Origin: Nitrospirota bacterium
Lineage (GTDB): Bacteria > Nitrospirota > UBA9217
Assembly (NCBI GenBank): GCA_963737155.1
Contig: CAVTRN010000002.1
Coordinates: forward strand, 2,336,001 to 2,400,000
Direction of reading: 5' to 3'
DNA length: 64,000 nucleotides
Shown: piece after piece, positions 9,706-21,387 of the stretch
How positions within the stretch are numbered: position 1 is the first letter of the stretch
Layout of the letters: the number at the start of each line of letters is the position of its first letter
Program-made: the position numbers and the translations under genes
Notes under the pieces: model-generated
Seen by the model: the letters and a program-made list of their open reading frames with translations, nothing else
What the model was told of the DNA's origin: nothing
The model's database searches: none

Positions 9706-12321
9706 TTGGTGAAATACTTGAATCCGAACGATTATATTGCTAATGTCTATGCGCTCCCCATGTTCATTGTCGGAGTGGCAATTACTTTCCTTGGACTTTT
9801 CATAATCGTCCGGGAGCATGGGTCACACATTGGATCCTCTTTCCTATTCATATGTCTCAGTGTTGGCCTTTATTTGGTTGCCACCGGTGCCAATTATCTC
9901 AGTCGCGATGAGAGTCTGTCACTGTTCTGGATCAGGATCTCTGACTTGGGCGTTGTCTTCATCCCCTCGACTATTCTGCTTTTTACAGCGAATTATCTCA
10001 GCCTGATCCGCAGATATCGTTTTACCATTGCATTCAGCATCGTTCTATCAACACTATTTGCGCTCGGAGTTTTATTTACGGATTTACACATCAAGGGTAC
10101 TGCTCAATTTTTCTGGGGGAGGTTCGCACAGTATGGCCCCTTGGGATTCGTGTTTATAGGGTTTTTTGTTTGTATCATGGTTTTTATCCTCCGCCTCTAC
10201 TGGTTAGCATACCGACAAAATTCGACTGAGCGGCAGAAGAAAAGACTGCGAGGGCTGTTTATAGCCTTCAGCATCGGCTACTTAGGCTCGGTTGATTTTC
10301 TGCCAACTTTTGGCCTTACCGTCTATCCATTCGGATATTTGCCCATATGCATCTTCATTGTCGTAAATGCATATATCATTATACGATATGAATTTACGGA
10401 CATCACGCCTGAGCTGGCCGCAGAGCGGATTTTGGAGACAATCCAGGGTGCGGTGATAGTCATTGACCTCAAGGGTAAGATCCGGGTGACGAGCAGCGTA
10501 GCTGGTGAGATGCTTGGTTATCAAAAATCGGAACTCATCGGCAGGGATATACGGACAATTCTTCCCTCACTGGCTGAATTCAACAGCACAACCCTCAAGA
10601 GCGAAAAATCTTCTTCTCAAGAGATGACTTGGCAAAGCAGGAACGGACAGCGATTTGAAGTCATAGTCTCAACGTCCACCATCACAAATCAATTGAGCAA
10701 TTCACCAGTCGGAATCGTTTATGCGGCATATGACATCACCGAACGCAAGAATGCGGAGGAGCTGCTGATAAGGCAGAACGAAATTTTTATCAAAGGCATT
10801 CTTGAATGCGTGGATGAGGGGTTTGTCGTGGTAGGCAGGGACTACCGGATCATTTTGGCGAACAAGGCTTTTTGCGACACGGCCGGGATGACCATTGAAA
10901 ACGTAATCGGCAGACACTGTTATGAAGTGTCCCACCACAACGCGACCCCCTGTTTTGAAGCCGGGGAGCAGTGCTCCGTGAAGCACACCTTCGAAACAGG
11001 AGAGCACGTCTCATTTTTGCACACGCATTTCGATGAACACGGACAACCCCTGTATGTTGATACAAAGTCATATGCTATGCGGGACACAGCGGGCGATGTG
11101 ACATCCGTGATTGAGATATGCGTTGACGTAACTGAGAAGAAAAAACTGGAGGATCAATACCGCCAGGCGCAGAAAATGGAGGCGATAGGCCAGCTAGCCG
11201 GCGGCGTGGCCCACGATTTCAACAATATCCTGTCCGCGATCATCGGATACGGCAACCTTTCCCTGACAAAACTGCCGGAGGATGTTCCGGTGAAGCACTA
11301 TATAGACCAGATTCTGAAGTCTTCGGAGCGCGCAGCAGCATTGACGCGGGGTCTACTCGCATTCAGCAGAAAGCAGCCCATGGAAATAGAGCTTTACGAT
11401 TTGAACGTCGTGACCGAGAATTTTGATAGATTCCTTCAACGCCTGCTGCGCGAAGACATCGAAATGACGATCAGGTACTCGTCCGAGCCACCCATGATCA
11501 TGGCAGACCGAGGACAGGTTGAACAGGTGATTATGAATCTCGTTACAAACGCGCGTGATGCCATGCCGGACAAGGGGAAACTGACCGTCGCTACCAACGT
11601 CTGTACTATGGACGAGTCGTTCATACGATCTCATGGTTATGGTAAGGCTGGAGACTATGCGGTGCTGACGGTATCGGACACCGGCATTGGAATGAACGAA
11701 AATACCCAAAAGAAAATTTTCGAGCCGTTTTTCACAACCAAAGAAATGGGAAAAGGGACCGGTCTCGGACTGGCCACGGTGTATGGAATCGTAAAAGCGC
11801 ACGATGGTTTCATCAACGTATATTCCGAACCGGGGAAAGGGAGCGTCTTTCACGTTTATTTCCCCTTGGCCCGTACGACGAAGGTAGTGCCTGAACCTGC
11901 GGGGCAAAATCAGGTACTACTCGTGGGCGGCAGCGAAACAATCCTGCTGGCTGAAGACGACTCGAGTCTCCGCAATATGACATCAATCATTCTCCGGGAC
12001 ATGGGTTATACGGTGATCGAGGCGGAGGACGGGAACATGGCGGTTATCCTGTTTAACGAGAACCGCGCTGCGATCAAACTCGTTATTCTTGACGGCATTA
12101 TGCCAAAAATGAACGGTTTGGAAGCGTATCGGAAAATTAGTACCCTCAGTCCGACGATCCGCTGCATTTTCATGAGTGGCTATTCCGGAGAAGTATTCGC
12201 TCAGGACGGCCTGCCGACGAGTACGACGTTCCTGCCGAAGCCGATAAAACCCTCGGAGCTATTGAGCAAGGTCAGGGAAACGCTTGACCGAGAATTGAAG
12301 CATGTAAAGAGTGAGAAATAA
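9706..12321 (+). CDS. Hybrid sensor histidine kinase (HisKA_7TM-PAS-PAS-HisKA-HATPase-REC)
   Basis: About 7 N-terminal TMs, two PAS domains, H-box [13 protein letters not shown] box [11 protein letters not shown] boxes DTGIG and GTGLGL, C-terminal receiver domain. Confidence 0.93.
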   Translation: MVKYLNPNDYIANVYALPMFIVGVAITFLGLFIIVREHGSHIGSSFLFICLSVGLYLVATGANYLSRDESLSLFWIRISDLGVVFIPSTILLFTANYLSLIRRYRFTIAFSIVLSTLFALGVLFTDLHIKGTAQFFWGRFAQYGPLGFVFIGFFVCIMVFILRLYWLAYRQNSTERQKKRLRGLFIAFSIGYLGSVDFLPTFGLTVYPFGYLPICIFIVVNAYIIIRYEFTDITPELAAERILETIQGAVIVIDLKGKIRVTSSVAGEMLGYQKSELIGRDIRTILPSLAEFNSTTLKSEKSSSQEMTWQSRNGQRFEVIVSTSTITNQLSNSPVGIVYAAYDITERKNAEELLIRQNEIFIKGILECVDEGFVVVGRDYRIILANKAFCDTAGMTIENVIGRHCYEVSHHNATPCFEAGEQCSVKHTFETGEHVSFLHTHFDEHGQPLYVDTKSYAMRDTAGDVTSVIEICVDVTEKKKLEDQYRQAQKMEAIGQLAGGVAHDFNNILSAIIGYGNLSLTKLPEDVPVKHYIDQILKSSERAAALTRGLLAFSRKQPMEIELYDLNVVTENFDRFLQRLLREDIEMTIRYSSEPPMIMADRGQVEQVIMNLVTNARDAMPDKGKLTVATNVCTMDESFIRSHGYGKAGDYAVLTVSDTGIGMNENTQKKIFEPFFTTKEMGKGTGLGLATVYGIVKAHDGFINVYSEPGKGSVFHVYFPLARTTKVVPEPAGQNQVLLVGGSETILLAEDDSSLRNMTSIILRDMGYTVIEAEDGNMAVILFNENRAAIKLVILDGIMPKMNGLEAYRKISTLSPTIRCIFMSGYSGEVFAQDGLPTSTTFLPKPIKPSELLSKVRETLDRELKHVKSEK

Positions 12322-12400
12322 GCGTCCGCGACTTAACTCAATAGTCACATGCAATTTACAAACTGAATTTATTGATTGTTTCAATGAGAACTACACAATT

Positions 12401-12500
12401 GTACGTGAAAGTCGAGTTTCATAGATAATATTAGAAAAGATGAAGAATTCATATTATATTATTGCATTTAGTGATGAAGTTTTCTCCCAGCAACTCTTCT
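12401..12500 (+). repeat. ~100-bp imperfect direct repeat, copy B
   Basis: Aligns with 8830-8925. Confidence 0.75.
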
Positions 12501-12699
12501 GCTTATCCCCCGTCTCCCGTTTGCTCTACCAGCTACCCACCTTGACAATTTCCAAAGAGAGAATTAGATTTAATTAGGCGTGAAATAAGAATTCTGCAAA
12601 ACTATCTGCAAAAATGGGTACCTTAATCATAATTAGCTAGTGCTATTTAAGTAGCATCAGGATCCTAGCGCTCATGCCGTACTACGGAAAGAGGGCGTT

Positions 12700-13344
12700 A
12701 TGTTTGAAAATCGTTGTGACGCAGGGAGGCGTCTTTCGACACGGCTTCAGCAGTACAAAGGGAGACGTGAGGTGATTGTGCTGGCCCTTCCCAGAGGCGG
12801 CGTAGTCATTGGTGATGAGATCGCACAGGCGCTCAATGTTCCTCTCGATGTGATAATCGTGAGAAAAATCGGATTTCCCGGACAACCCGAACTCGCCGTA
12901 GGCGCGGTCGCTGAATCAGGAAATGTTGTTTTCAACGAGGACCTCATGGCGGAGGGGCGGTTGTCCAGGGACCTCTTAAAGCGCGCGATCGACCATCAAA
13001 AGAATGAAATCGCAAGGCGAGTAGTCCTCTATCGGTCAGGGAAAGGGCTTCCCGACCTCAATGATACAACGGTCATCCTCGTGGACGACGGTGTAGCGAC
13101 CGGAGCAACGATAATGGCAGCAATCTCTGCACTCAAAGACGAGAAAGTTGCAAAACTGATCGTAGCGCTTCCCGTAGGACCTCCGGAAACCGTGGGAGTT
13201 CTGCGTCGGATGGCCAATAAGCTCGTTTGTCTTGAAACACCATTTGTGTTCAGGGCGGTAAGCACGTACTATTACGATTTTACCCAAGTATCGGATGATC
13301 AAGTCGTAAGCATCCTCAGGAAATCTTCCGCCAAGGTGGCTTGA
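12700..13344 (+). CDS. Phosphoribosyltransferase family protein (COG1926 type)
   Basis: FENRxDAG, LALPRGG, RKIGFPGQPELAVGAV and the PRPP motif VILVDDGVATGAT. Confidence 0.9.
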   Translation: MFENRCDAGRRLSTRLQQYKGRREVIVLALPRGGVVIGDEIAQALNVPLDVIIVRKIGFPGQPELAVGAVAESGNVVFNEDLMAEGRLSRDLLKRAIDHQKNEIARRVVLYRSGKGLPDLNDTTVILVDDGVATGATIMAAISALKDEKVAKLIVALPVGPPETVGVLRRMANKLVCLETPFVFRAVSTYYYDFTQVSDDQVVSILRKSSAKVA

Positions 13345-13630
<286 letters not shown>

Positions 13631-13911
13631 TGCTTGATTCATATCACATTTTTCACATCCATCTCAAGCATAAAACACTGGTACAGAGCGGGTTCTATGA
13701 GTCTTACACCTCATTATTACCACTCGCTAGGGAGTTGCTCCACAAAAACTTGCATGGAGTAAGCCGACAGTAGAACTGGTTAAGAATTTTGGAGTATCGG
13801 ATTCATTGATTAGCAGGAAGTGTAGACAGATGGGAATTCCAAAACCACAGCCTGGATTCTGGACCAGGGTTGCTAACGGGGTCTTACCCCATCCTCACGG
13901 TAAACCACAAA

Positions 13912-13933
13912 AAAAGAGTAGCAAAAGAGTAGC
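13912..13933. repeat. Tandem 11-bp direct repeat, possible integrase arm-binding sites
   Basis: AAAAGAGTAGC twice, about 50 bp beyond the tRNA-Arg 3' end. Confidence 0.45.
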
Positions 13934-13937
13934 AGAC

Positions 13938-13964
13938 AAAAAAGACCGATCAAAAAGATCGGCC
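13938..13964 (-). terminator. Terminator downstream of tRNA-Arg
   Basis: GGCCGATC-ttttt-GATCGGTC-TTTTTT on the minus strand. Confidence 0.75.
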
Positions 13965-13980
13965 TAAGTACGTGATTTTT

Positions 13981-14057
13981 TGGTGCCCCTGGCGTGATTC
14001 GAACACGCGGCACGCGGTTTAGGAAACCGCTGCTCTATCCACCTGAGCTACAGGGGC
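13981..14057 (-). tRNA. tRNA-Arg (anticodon CCT)
   Basis: GCCCCTGTAGCTCAGGTGGATAGAGCAGCGGTTTCCTAAACCGCGTGCCGCGTGTTCGAATCACGCCAGGGGCACCA, 77 nt, encoded CCA. Confidence 0.97.
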
Positions 14058-14105
14058 GGTTCTGATTAGATTATGAATCGAAAAATAAACCGCAGCCGCT
14101 CTTTC

Positions 14106-15086
14106 TTACAGCATCCCTTCGAAATCAATTTTTTTCCGCTTTGTGATAGACCGGAGTTTGTTGAGCGCCTGTGTCTCAATCTGCCGGACGCGTTCACGAG
14201 TAATCCCGAATTCTTTTCCGATACTATCCAGCGTCTTGGGTTCGCCGTCGATCAAACCAAACCGGAGTTCGATGACCTTCCGCTCGCTTACCGACAGCTG
14301 TTGAAGCCATTCATCGATATGCTCGCGTCTCCGGATATCATCGGAAACACTAGCCGGCGACAGAGCGTTGCTGTCCTGAAGGATGTCTTTAAGGGTATCT
14401 TCCTCCTGATCGCCGATTAGCATGTCTAGCGAGTATGTTTCGCGCACCACCTGCGAAATGCTCCTCACTTTTTCAGCGGTAACCTTCATTTTCTTGGCGA
14501 TCTCCTCAATTGACGGATCTCGCCCTAGGGATTGAGTAAGTTGGCGAATTGCACGCATGTAGGAATTTACTATTTCAGCGATATGAACAGGAAGGCGAAT
14601 TGTTCTCGTCTGGTTAACAATGGCTCGCTCGATGGCTTGTTTGATCCACCACGAGGCGTAAGTGCTGAATTTGAAGCCGCGCTGGTACTGAAATTTTTCA
14701 ACAGCTCTGATCAGACCCAAGTTGCCTTCTTCGATAATGTCTGAGAACTGCAGGCCTCGGTTAATATATTTTTTGCCGATAGCAACAACAAGGCGCAGAT
14801 TCGCCTCGATCATTTTTGCGCGAGCATCCAGATCGCCTGCTTCTATCCGCTTCGCGAGTTCTTGTTCTTGTTCAAAGGAAAGAAGGGGTGTTTTCCGTAT
14901 TTCCTTGAGGTAATACTTGATGGCATCTAGACCCTTCTGCCCATCACCGACAGTTGCGGCATCAGAAGAATTTCCGGCAGTATTTGCCCTTTCTTCCTTT
15001 TCCTCACTTTCTTCACCATAGGGCTCGGCGCCCATCAAATCATCAACAGACCGCTCCCTTTCACTCATGAACACCTCATGGGACAA
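14106..15086 (-). CDS. Sigma-70 family RNA polymerase sigma factor, RpoS-like (group 2); start may be 15068
   Basis: Regions 1.2 ([13 protein letters not shown]), 2 ([20 protein letters not shown]), 3 and 4 (TRERVRQIE). No region 1.1. Confidence 0.88.
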   Translation of the reverse strand: MSHEVFMSERERSVDDLMGAEPYGEESEEKEERANTAGNSSDAATVGDGQKGLDAIKYYLKEIRKTPLLSFEQEQELAKRIEAGDLDARAKMIEANLRLVVAIGKKYINRGLQFSDIIEEGNLGLIRAVEKFQYQRGFKFSTYASWWIKQAIERAIVNQTRTIRLPVHIAEIVNSYMRAIRQLTQSLGRDPSIEEIAKKMKVTAEKVRSISQVVRETYSLDMLIGDQEEDTLKDILQDSNALSPASVSDDIRRREHIDEWLQQLSVSERKVIELRFGLIDGEPKTLDSIGKEFGITRERVRQIETQALNKLRSITKRKKIDFEGML

Positions 15087-15268
15087 AAAAATAGCGGCCG
15101 CACCGAAGCCCCCTTGTCTTTAATCAAACGTAATGCATCAGTCCCCGGTCTTCGATGCTGCTTATCCGATTTATAGCCTTAAAATTCCACCCTCCCGCCA
15201 CTTTCTGAAGTTTGCATTTTTGAATGATCATGAAAGTTTACGCAATTATTTCAAGCGGAGGAGGGAAA

Positions 15269-15346
<78 letters not shown>

Positions 15347-15382
15347 CGAATTTTTACACTATACTAGAACTGAAATCGTATG

Positions 15383-16520
15383 TCAACGAACATTCTTTCT
15401 TTTTGCAACACCGATAAAATTATCAAAGGCCTCCTGATAGTAGCCTTTCTTCGCTCTCAACGCCGCGGGAATCCTCGTTTCATAGAACTCACGGCCTTCA
15501 TTCACATCATTTTTCAGCAACTCAAGTAAGGTCCCATTCCTGATACCTCCAATCACTGCTTCTTGATTGTAAAGAGCACTATCGGAGATGATAATCCTGG
15601 CTAAACGACGCGCTTTCTTAATAGCATCGGGATCTTCCTCGTCGACATGGGGGATGTCGCACTCCTCTTTTTGAAATATTGATACATCAAGGCTGAGCGA
15701 TTCCGGCATGACCACCGTCATTTCGGAACTATTTTCTCGGGCAACCGAGCATTCCGACACATGCTGCGGCGTCGGATAGAGAACATCACGGTCAACGTGG
15801 TGTGCGACCTCGTGGTTCAGCAGCGACAACTCAAATTTCCGCGTCGCTGTTCGTGACATATCCGGAAGTTTGCGGTGAAATGGCTCAGACGCTTTGAAAG
15901 CGCAATCGGCTGGGTCCTGCGACGAAATAAGTCTATACAACTTGTCTGCCAAAAGATCGGAGATGTGGTGTTTCTCAATATAGTCGTCAGCGCCGTAGAT
16001 GTTCTCGGTGTGCGTTTGCAACGCCTCCGATCATATACTGATGAAAGAAGAACGATTTTTATGTCCTCGGTTTTTGGATTGTTTTTCAACCGTTCGCACA
16101 ATTCAAATGCATAGATGCCCGGAAGGCCAACATCAAGCACTATTCCCTGGGGTCTTAGTTCAATCGCTTTTTTCAGCGCATCGACACCATTTGGAACCAA
16201 CTCAACGCGGAAACCGGCTTCGATCAGAATACCGGAAACCATGGATCTGACCACCTCGCTGTCATGGGCAATCAGCACAAAAATGTCGCTCAAGGATGCA
16301 TGGGACCGTTCCGGTTTTTCTCAAAGGGGGCAGGCACAGCCGGCGCCAGCTGATTTAAGGGAAGCACATCGCCACAGCGCGGACATCGTATCTTCGAGCG
16401 TCTACCAGCGATCTTGGTCTCATCAATTTTCAGCTTTGCGCCACAATTGCACAAAACAATCATGGATATTAAGCCCTCCTTCGCCAAAACGGGATGTCTT
16501 TCCGTTTGAAGACTCCGCAC
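15383..16520 (-). pseudogene. Zinc-ribbon / response-regulator protein split by two frameshifts
   Basis: Three overlapping ORFs: MJ0042-type Zn ribbon (CNCG..CPRC), receiver domain (LDVGLPG), and a C-terminal part (YGADDYIEK..ARRLARIIISD.ALYN). Together they form one known architecture. Confidence 0.7.
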
Positions 16521-16544
16521 CCGCTTCGAAACCGGCTACATAAG

Positions 16545-17073
16545 CATATCTAACCAAGCACGACCGTGGCAGATATTTCCATGGTCCTGATGTGAAACCG
16601 AAAAATACGAATGTTACAACCCATGCCCGGCAAAAAGCAGAGGTGCTCCCAGCACTCCGGAATTAGACCCGCTCGCGTCAGGCATGAGAATCATTGAATT
16701 CCTGTTCGCCAACTCATGGTGAACGTGGCGATAACACCACAGAGCGGGTAAAATAACTTACCGGGTTTTCCCATCGCATCTCCCACACTGTTACCGAAAA
16801 CCTAGAGGTAGCAATATTTTCTGCAAAGTGGAGAAGACAGCCATGAAATAATTTAGAATAGAACGGAGTTGTGACTGCCGGGATTGTCCAAGATGTTTCC
16901 GGAACCGAAGCTAGCAGTTTCGCAGGCATCAGCGCAAAAGTATTCACTAACTCTTCGCTGGCAACACTTCCCAGAGTGAACTCAGAAATATATACAGTGA
17001 CATTCAGTTTGATCAGAACGACGGTAACAACTGCGAAGCGCTCTGTGCGGTCGATATCTCGTAAAGGAGTCAA
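16545..17073 (-). pseudogene. Rhomboid intramembrane serine protease remnant
   Basis: TPLRD..VVTVVLI.LNV..FALMP..FHGCLLHFAEN / YL*VFGNSVGDAMG / ASGSNSGVLGA / RAWVVTFVFFGF, with stops and frameshifts. Confidence 0.75.
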
Positions 17074-17441
17074 TCCTGCACTCCGTTCATCCGTAACTCA
17101 TGGCCTCATCCGACGCCGACTTGAACTATCCGGCACGGGTTCTTTTCATCGTTTGATGCATGTCAAAAACTCGACCCTAAAATACAAAAAAACGTATGAA
17201 TTAAATTACGTGCAGACCATAAAATACGGTTGTGACGTGAATTCGTTGCGACCATGATGGCATACTCTATATGTTAGTCACTGTCGTGTTGTTACCCAAA
17301 TGTATTGCAGTTTAGTATCTACTGCCTGTCTCGAAGAAATGGATTCGTCTTAGGAAAAAGTGATCTCACGTCGAGCGAAACATAAACCATCATTATCTTC
17401 AATCCCATCCAGTTTGAAGACTACTTCTCATAATTGACAGC

Positions 17442-19397
17442 CTACAGATAGAGGTTTACCATGAGCGACGCCTCCGACCGATTGTAATCGAAGGTCCTCT
17501 CTTGGGACAGTGAAAAGGTAATGCCGGTATTCGTGGTAATCTTGTAATTCTGCGCCAGAGACGCCTTCATGCTACGATGTTCGTCACCAAGTTCATAGGA
17601 CGTCCATGCGGCAGAGAGGTTGATTTTCCACCAGTCCGTGATGTTCTTTAGACAGCCGGCTGACGTACCGATACCAGCGGCAAACTTATCATGCAATTTG
17701 TCGTTCATGATGAGGTCCGTTTCGAGAAAAACGTAAAATATCCCCAGATATCCTGTCTTGTACGCAAAACCGCCTCCGGGGTTCAAGCGGTAGACGAGTT
17801 GCTCCTGGCCGTCGTACATGATCTCTCGATCTAAGCCCGTGTTTACTTTCCATGAGACGGGCTTGAAAAATGCATCGCGAGGCGATATCGAGATAATATC
17901 AATGAACCGCAGCCTCTGCAGGATCAAGGCGTCCTCTCTAAAATAGTACCGGCCACGAATGTCCATGAAATTTATCTGTGCGCCCTCGATATAGCCGTCG
18001 TCCTGATCGAGCAGGTCGTGATAGGCTGGACGCCAACTAAGCTCCGTGAAAAAGGAATCTGTACGATATCCGCCCCCGATGCCGACTTTCCCGGGGAGAT
18101 GACCTGCGTCAGGAGAAACCGGCACAGCAACAACGCTATCGTCCCCATCCTGCGGCCCGAGCGTACTCCTGGCCTGCAGGGTCGGAAGAAACCTGTGCAC
18201 ATATTCGTCCTTCTCGAGTTGTTTTCGCGCGAATTGATACTGGAGCAGTTCCGCCGCAAGGTCAAGGATTCTCACTTTTTCTTTTGGATCAATGTCCATT
18301 TCCGTTATAGAACGGGGAGATATTTTTTGATCAACGATATCCTGTGCCAAATCCCGATGTGTGCTCTCCATGCGCGACGCAATGGCATGAATACGCTTGG
18401 ATTGGGACTGCCGATATTTGACTGAGCTGACCAGCCCCTGTTCCCTGATAATCCGGACGGTATCAGAAGGGATAACCCAAAATTTAGCTTTCCCCCAGAA
18501 TGCATCAGTGAGGTGCACAGAAGGTCGTGCGGCTTCGAGCAGAAAGAGAAGATCGAAGGAGCAATTTTCGTCGAAGAAGTAGTAGTTAGAATAGATGTCC
18601 TTAAGTTCCCATATATGCATGACCATCCTTCGCACTTCTTCTTTCGAGAGGTTGAGCTCATACTCCCAAATGTCGCGATGTTCGATTTCGTTATATTCGC
18701 CAACCTTCTGATAATAGGGCAGGACAGAGTAATATCCTCGGTAATAGCCAAAAATCCCCTTATAGGCATAGATAAACCCGTTCCGGTCGGTCGTTACTGC
18801 TGCGTAATTCACCGCGTAAGAAAGCAGATCGTTCCGGCTATTCCCGTCGATCCTGATGAGAGTATGTCCGAACATGGAAGCGGGACCGTTGCCGTGAGCA
18901 GCGGGAAAGATAAGAACGGCAGATTGAGGATTGATAAGCGAGAGTGTTTCCTCGAATTTTGTGCATACCGCAGCTGGTAGTTTTGATTCGTCTATGGAGA
19001 GCCGCTCCTTGAGCCATGCGTAGCGAGCGGGGAATCTGCAGCACGTAGGCTCGACGCCTTCATGCTCTTGCTTGAAAAAACTCATAAGCGTCGCCTCCAA
19101 CTCGGCTTGGGGATCGGTTTTCCCGTCAACGGCAAGAAAAAACTTCGGGTCGTCGACGAGACTCACCCTACCGGAGCCGTGCGGCTTGTAATGGAGGATA
19201 ATATTCCAGTAGCGGTCTTCAGAAAGGTGTTTCTCTTGTGCGGTTTTCAATAGCGTGTCGAGATAGCCGTTCCGATTGGAGGCTAATGCCCCGGATGTCC
19301 ATGAAACAGTGCAGAAAGCAAAAGCCGTAAAAAAAAGGCATACAGAACAACACGTTCCGTATACCTTTTCATCTAATAAAATTCGCAGTCGGTACAT
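17442..19397 (-). CDS. DUF4105 (Lnb N-terminal-like) domain protein with C-terminal beta-barrel
   Basis: CRFPARY.WL, PASMFGHTLIRID, YYFFDENCS and RPAYHDLLD motifs. Amphipathic beta-strand C-terminus. Confidence 0.82.
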   Translation of the reverse strand: MYRLRILLDEKVYGTCCSVCLFFTAFAFCTVSWTSGALASNRNGYLDTLLKTAQEKHLSEDRYWNIILHYKPHGSGRVSLVDDPKFFLAVDGKTDPQAELEATLMSFFKQEHEGVEPTCCRFPARYAWLKERLSIDESKLPAAVCTKFEETLSLINPQSAVLIFPAAHGNGPASMFGHTLIRIDGNSRNDLLSYAVNYAAVTTDRNGFIYAYKGIFGYYRGYYSVLPYYQKVGEYNEIEHRDIWEYELNLSKEEVRRMVMHIWELKDIYSNYYFFDENCSFDLLFLLEAARPSVHLTDAFWGKAKFWVIPSDTVRIIREQGLVSSVKYRQSQSKRIHAIASRMESTHRDLAQDIVDQKISPRSITEMDIDPKEKVRILDLAAELLQYQFARKQLEKDEYVHRFLPTLQARSTLGPQDGDDSVVAVPVSPDAGHLPGKVGIGGGYRTDSFFTELSWRPAYHDLLDQDDGYIEGAQINFMDIRGRYYFREDALILQRLRFIDIISISPRDAFFKPVSWKVNTGLDREIMYDGQEQLVYRLNPGGGFAYKTGYLGIFYVFLETDLIMNDKLHDKFAAGIGTSAGCLKNITDWWKINLSAAWTSYELGDEHRSMKASLAQNYKITTNTGITFSLSQERTFDYNRSEASLMVNLYL

Positions 19398-19888
19398 TAA
19401 TGCGATGACACCGTTACCACGTTGTCCACTACCTTGGCAAACTGCACATTTTCGGAGGTAAATATTTTTGCGAAGTTTGCCTGCAATTTCTGATAAAACG
19501 CCGGCCGCTCGTTTGCCGGAACCTGAAGAAGCTCAGCAAATGCCTCAAGCGTTTCACCTTTTCCCATGGCTATTTCCTTTGCCAGGTTGTCCATATTGGC
19601 GACCACAAATTCATTCATCCGGTCGTTCTTGGCGAACTGGGTCGGCTGGTCACACTCCGACGTCCCTGAGGTGATGCCAAAGGTCTGGGTGCCGAACGTA
19701 CCGTTAGTCGTGGCCTGTAAAGACTGGAGGATGGTTGAATTATCGGCGTTATTTTGGAAAAGCATTGTGCCGAGACCGCAACCTGTGTTCTTGTGCGCCT
19801 CCCCGACAGAAGAATCCGCCGCAAAAGCCGTACCTACGACAACAACAAGCAACAACAACACTACCGCTACTAAATTAGCTATTTTCAT
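19397..19888 (-). CDS. DUF3015 family secreted protein
   Basis: Signal peptide, then GCGLG..ATTNGTFGTQTFGITSGTSEC and LAKEIAMGKGETLEAFAEL. Confidence 0.85.
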   Translation of the reverse strand: MKIANLVAVVLLLLVVVVGTAFAADSSVGEAHKNTGCGLGTMLFQNNADNSTILQSLQATTNGTFGTQTFGITSGTSECDQPTQFAKNDRMNEFVVANMDNLAKEIAMGKGETLEAFAELLQVPANERPAFYQKLQANFAKIFTSENVQFAKVVDNVVTVSSH

Positions 19889-19997
19889 GCGCGTCCTCCT
19901 TGTTGAGTTTTTTGAAATGTTTACTTATATTTATTTAAGCCTACTTTTTAGTATTTGTCAAGTAATGAGGGGCTGAAGATAACAGCAAACAGACCCG

Positions 19998-20849
19998 TCA
20001 TGGCTTGGTCAGATGCTCAGATAGATAGCGGACAAATTTTCTCCTGACTCTTGCATCTGCAAAGGCCATGATGTGTCCCGGTGTGGATGTTTCCCAAAAA
20101 TCCTTTGGCATGAGTGCAGCCTCATAGAGCATAAAGCCGTGATGTATAGGAACCACCGGATCATTTACGCCGTGCATGATCAAAACTGGCACGGGTGCGA
20201 CCATTTCTATCCACTTTAGCGGACTGTAATCTTCACTAAAGAGTAGTGATAGCGGATACTGGAAAGGCCAAGTTAGAAAAAAATGTCCAAGTTTTTCGCG
20301 AGCAATGAGACGGTAGCTTGAAAACGCGCTGTCGACGACAAGTGCGGCAATCCGATCTTTCTTCGAAGAATTTGCTACGGTATAAACGGCGATTGACCCG
20401 CCGATGCTTTGGCCGAGAATGACTATCCTTCTGCCTTTTGATTGCGGCAGGTTCAAAGCAGTTTTTAACGCCTCCTCTGCATCAACGTGAACGCCCTTGA
20501 GACTGGGCTTTCCCCCGGACCGCCCATATCCGCGGTAATCAAATATGAATATGTTAAACCCTTCCCGCACCAGCCACAAAACTCCATTCACGTGCGTGCT
20601 CATGTTTTCAGCGTTGCCGTGAAGGACGAGTATAGTTCCTAAGGCCTGTGGATTTGCCTTGAATAGCCAGCCGTGCAAGGTTATCCCGTCGGGGGTTTTG
20701 AAGTAGATATCATTGGGAGAAAACAGCCGGGCCAGAGGATTATCTGTCTCCTGTTTCTGGGGATAAAAAAAAAGAGAACCGCATCCCACGGAGAAAAGAA
20801 GAACCAGGAAAGACAAAAAAAAGAGAACTCTTTTTACTGATAATACCAT
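19998..20849 (-). CDS. Alpha/beta hydrolase lipoprotein (YfhR/ABHD-like); ORF track start 20921, likely start 20849
   Basis: Lipobox SVGC, HGNAEN, DYRGYG, nucleophile elbow GQSIGG, HGVND and a C-terminal His. Confidence 0.85.
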   Translation of the reverse strand: MVLSVKRVLFFLSFLVLLFSVGCGSLFFYPQKQETDNPLARLFSPNDIYFKTPDGITLHGWLFKANPQALGTILVLHGNAENMSTHVNGVLWLVREGFNIFIFDYRGYGRSGGKPSLKGVHVDAEEALKTALNLPQSKGRRIVILGQSIGGSIAVYTVANSSKKDRIAALVVDSAFSSYRLIAREKLGHFFLTWPFQYPLSLLFSEDYSPLKWIEMVAPVPVLIMHGVNDPVVPIHHGFMLYEAALMPKDFWETSTPGHIMAFADARVRRKFVRYLSEHLTKP

Positions 20850-21387
20850 ATGCGTACACCAGTCTAGGATATGGCAGGCAGATCTAAGGACACATACTGC
20901 CGAGCATCTTCTGCAAGTCACATGGCAGCGGATATGACTTTTTTCTCATCAGAAAAGCATGATACGAGAGCCCTGCTTCGACGAAGCGGTTGGCGGGTGC
21001 GGCGAGAAAAAAGTAGCTGTTGATCGCTGTAGCGAATTCCATTGTCGGACGCCGCCTGCATGATTCCGTGCGAGAAGAATTACCTCACCTTATGTATGTG
21101 CTATTACAACACATAATATGAAGTATGTAACGGCCGCACAATGTTGCATAAGAAGAGTAAGCCGATGATTTTGAGCTAAACCAGCACGTCATCTACCGCT
21201 TTAAGAATTAATCTTTAATTAATCATGAAGAAATAATTGCTAGCAATAGATAGATTCTTTTATGATAATTTTCACTTCTCAAGGTGTCTGTCTGGCACAA
21301 TCTTTCAGTGTATCAGCAAAACTCCCTGTCCTTGCTACGATGCAGGGAGTTTTGCATAGCAAAGCTATACAGGAATCTCTTGAAAAC

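Noticed and set aside
13342-13344. Selenocysteine or read-through recoding of the PRT TGA
   Set aside because: The position is not a conserved Cys site, no clear SECIS is present, and the downstream rtcA is frameshifted anyway.
13840-13880. c-di-GMP-I riboswitch-like fragment (CAAAACCACAG..GGGTTGC)
   Set aside because: Lacks the GNRA-capped P2 stem and a downstream gene.
21293-21310. Sigma-54 promoter TGGCACAATCTTTCA
   Set aside because: The -12 GC is missing and it points into the convergent pheT 3' end.
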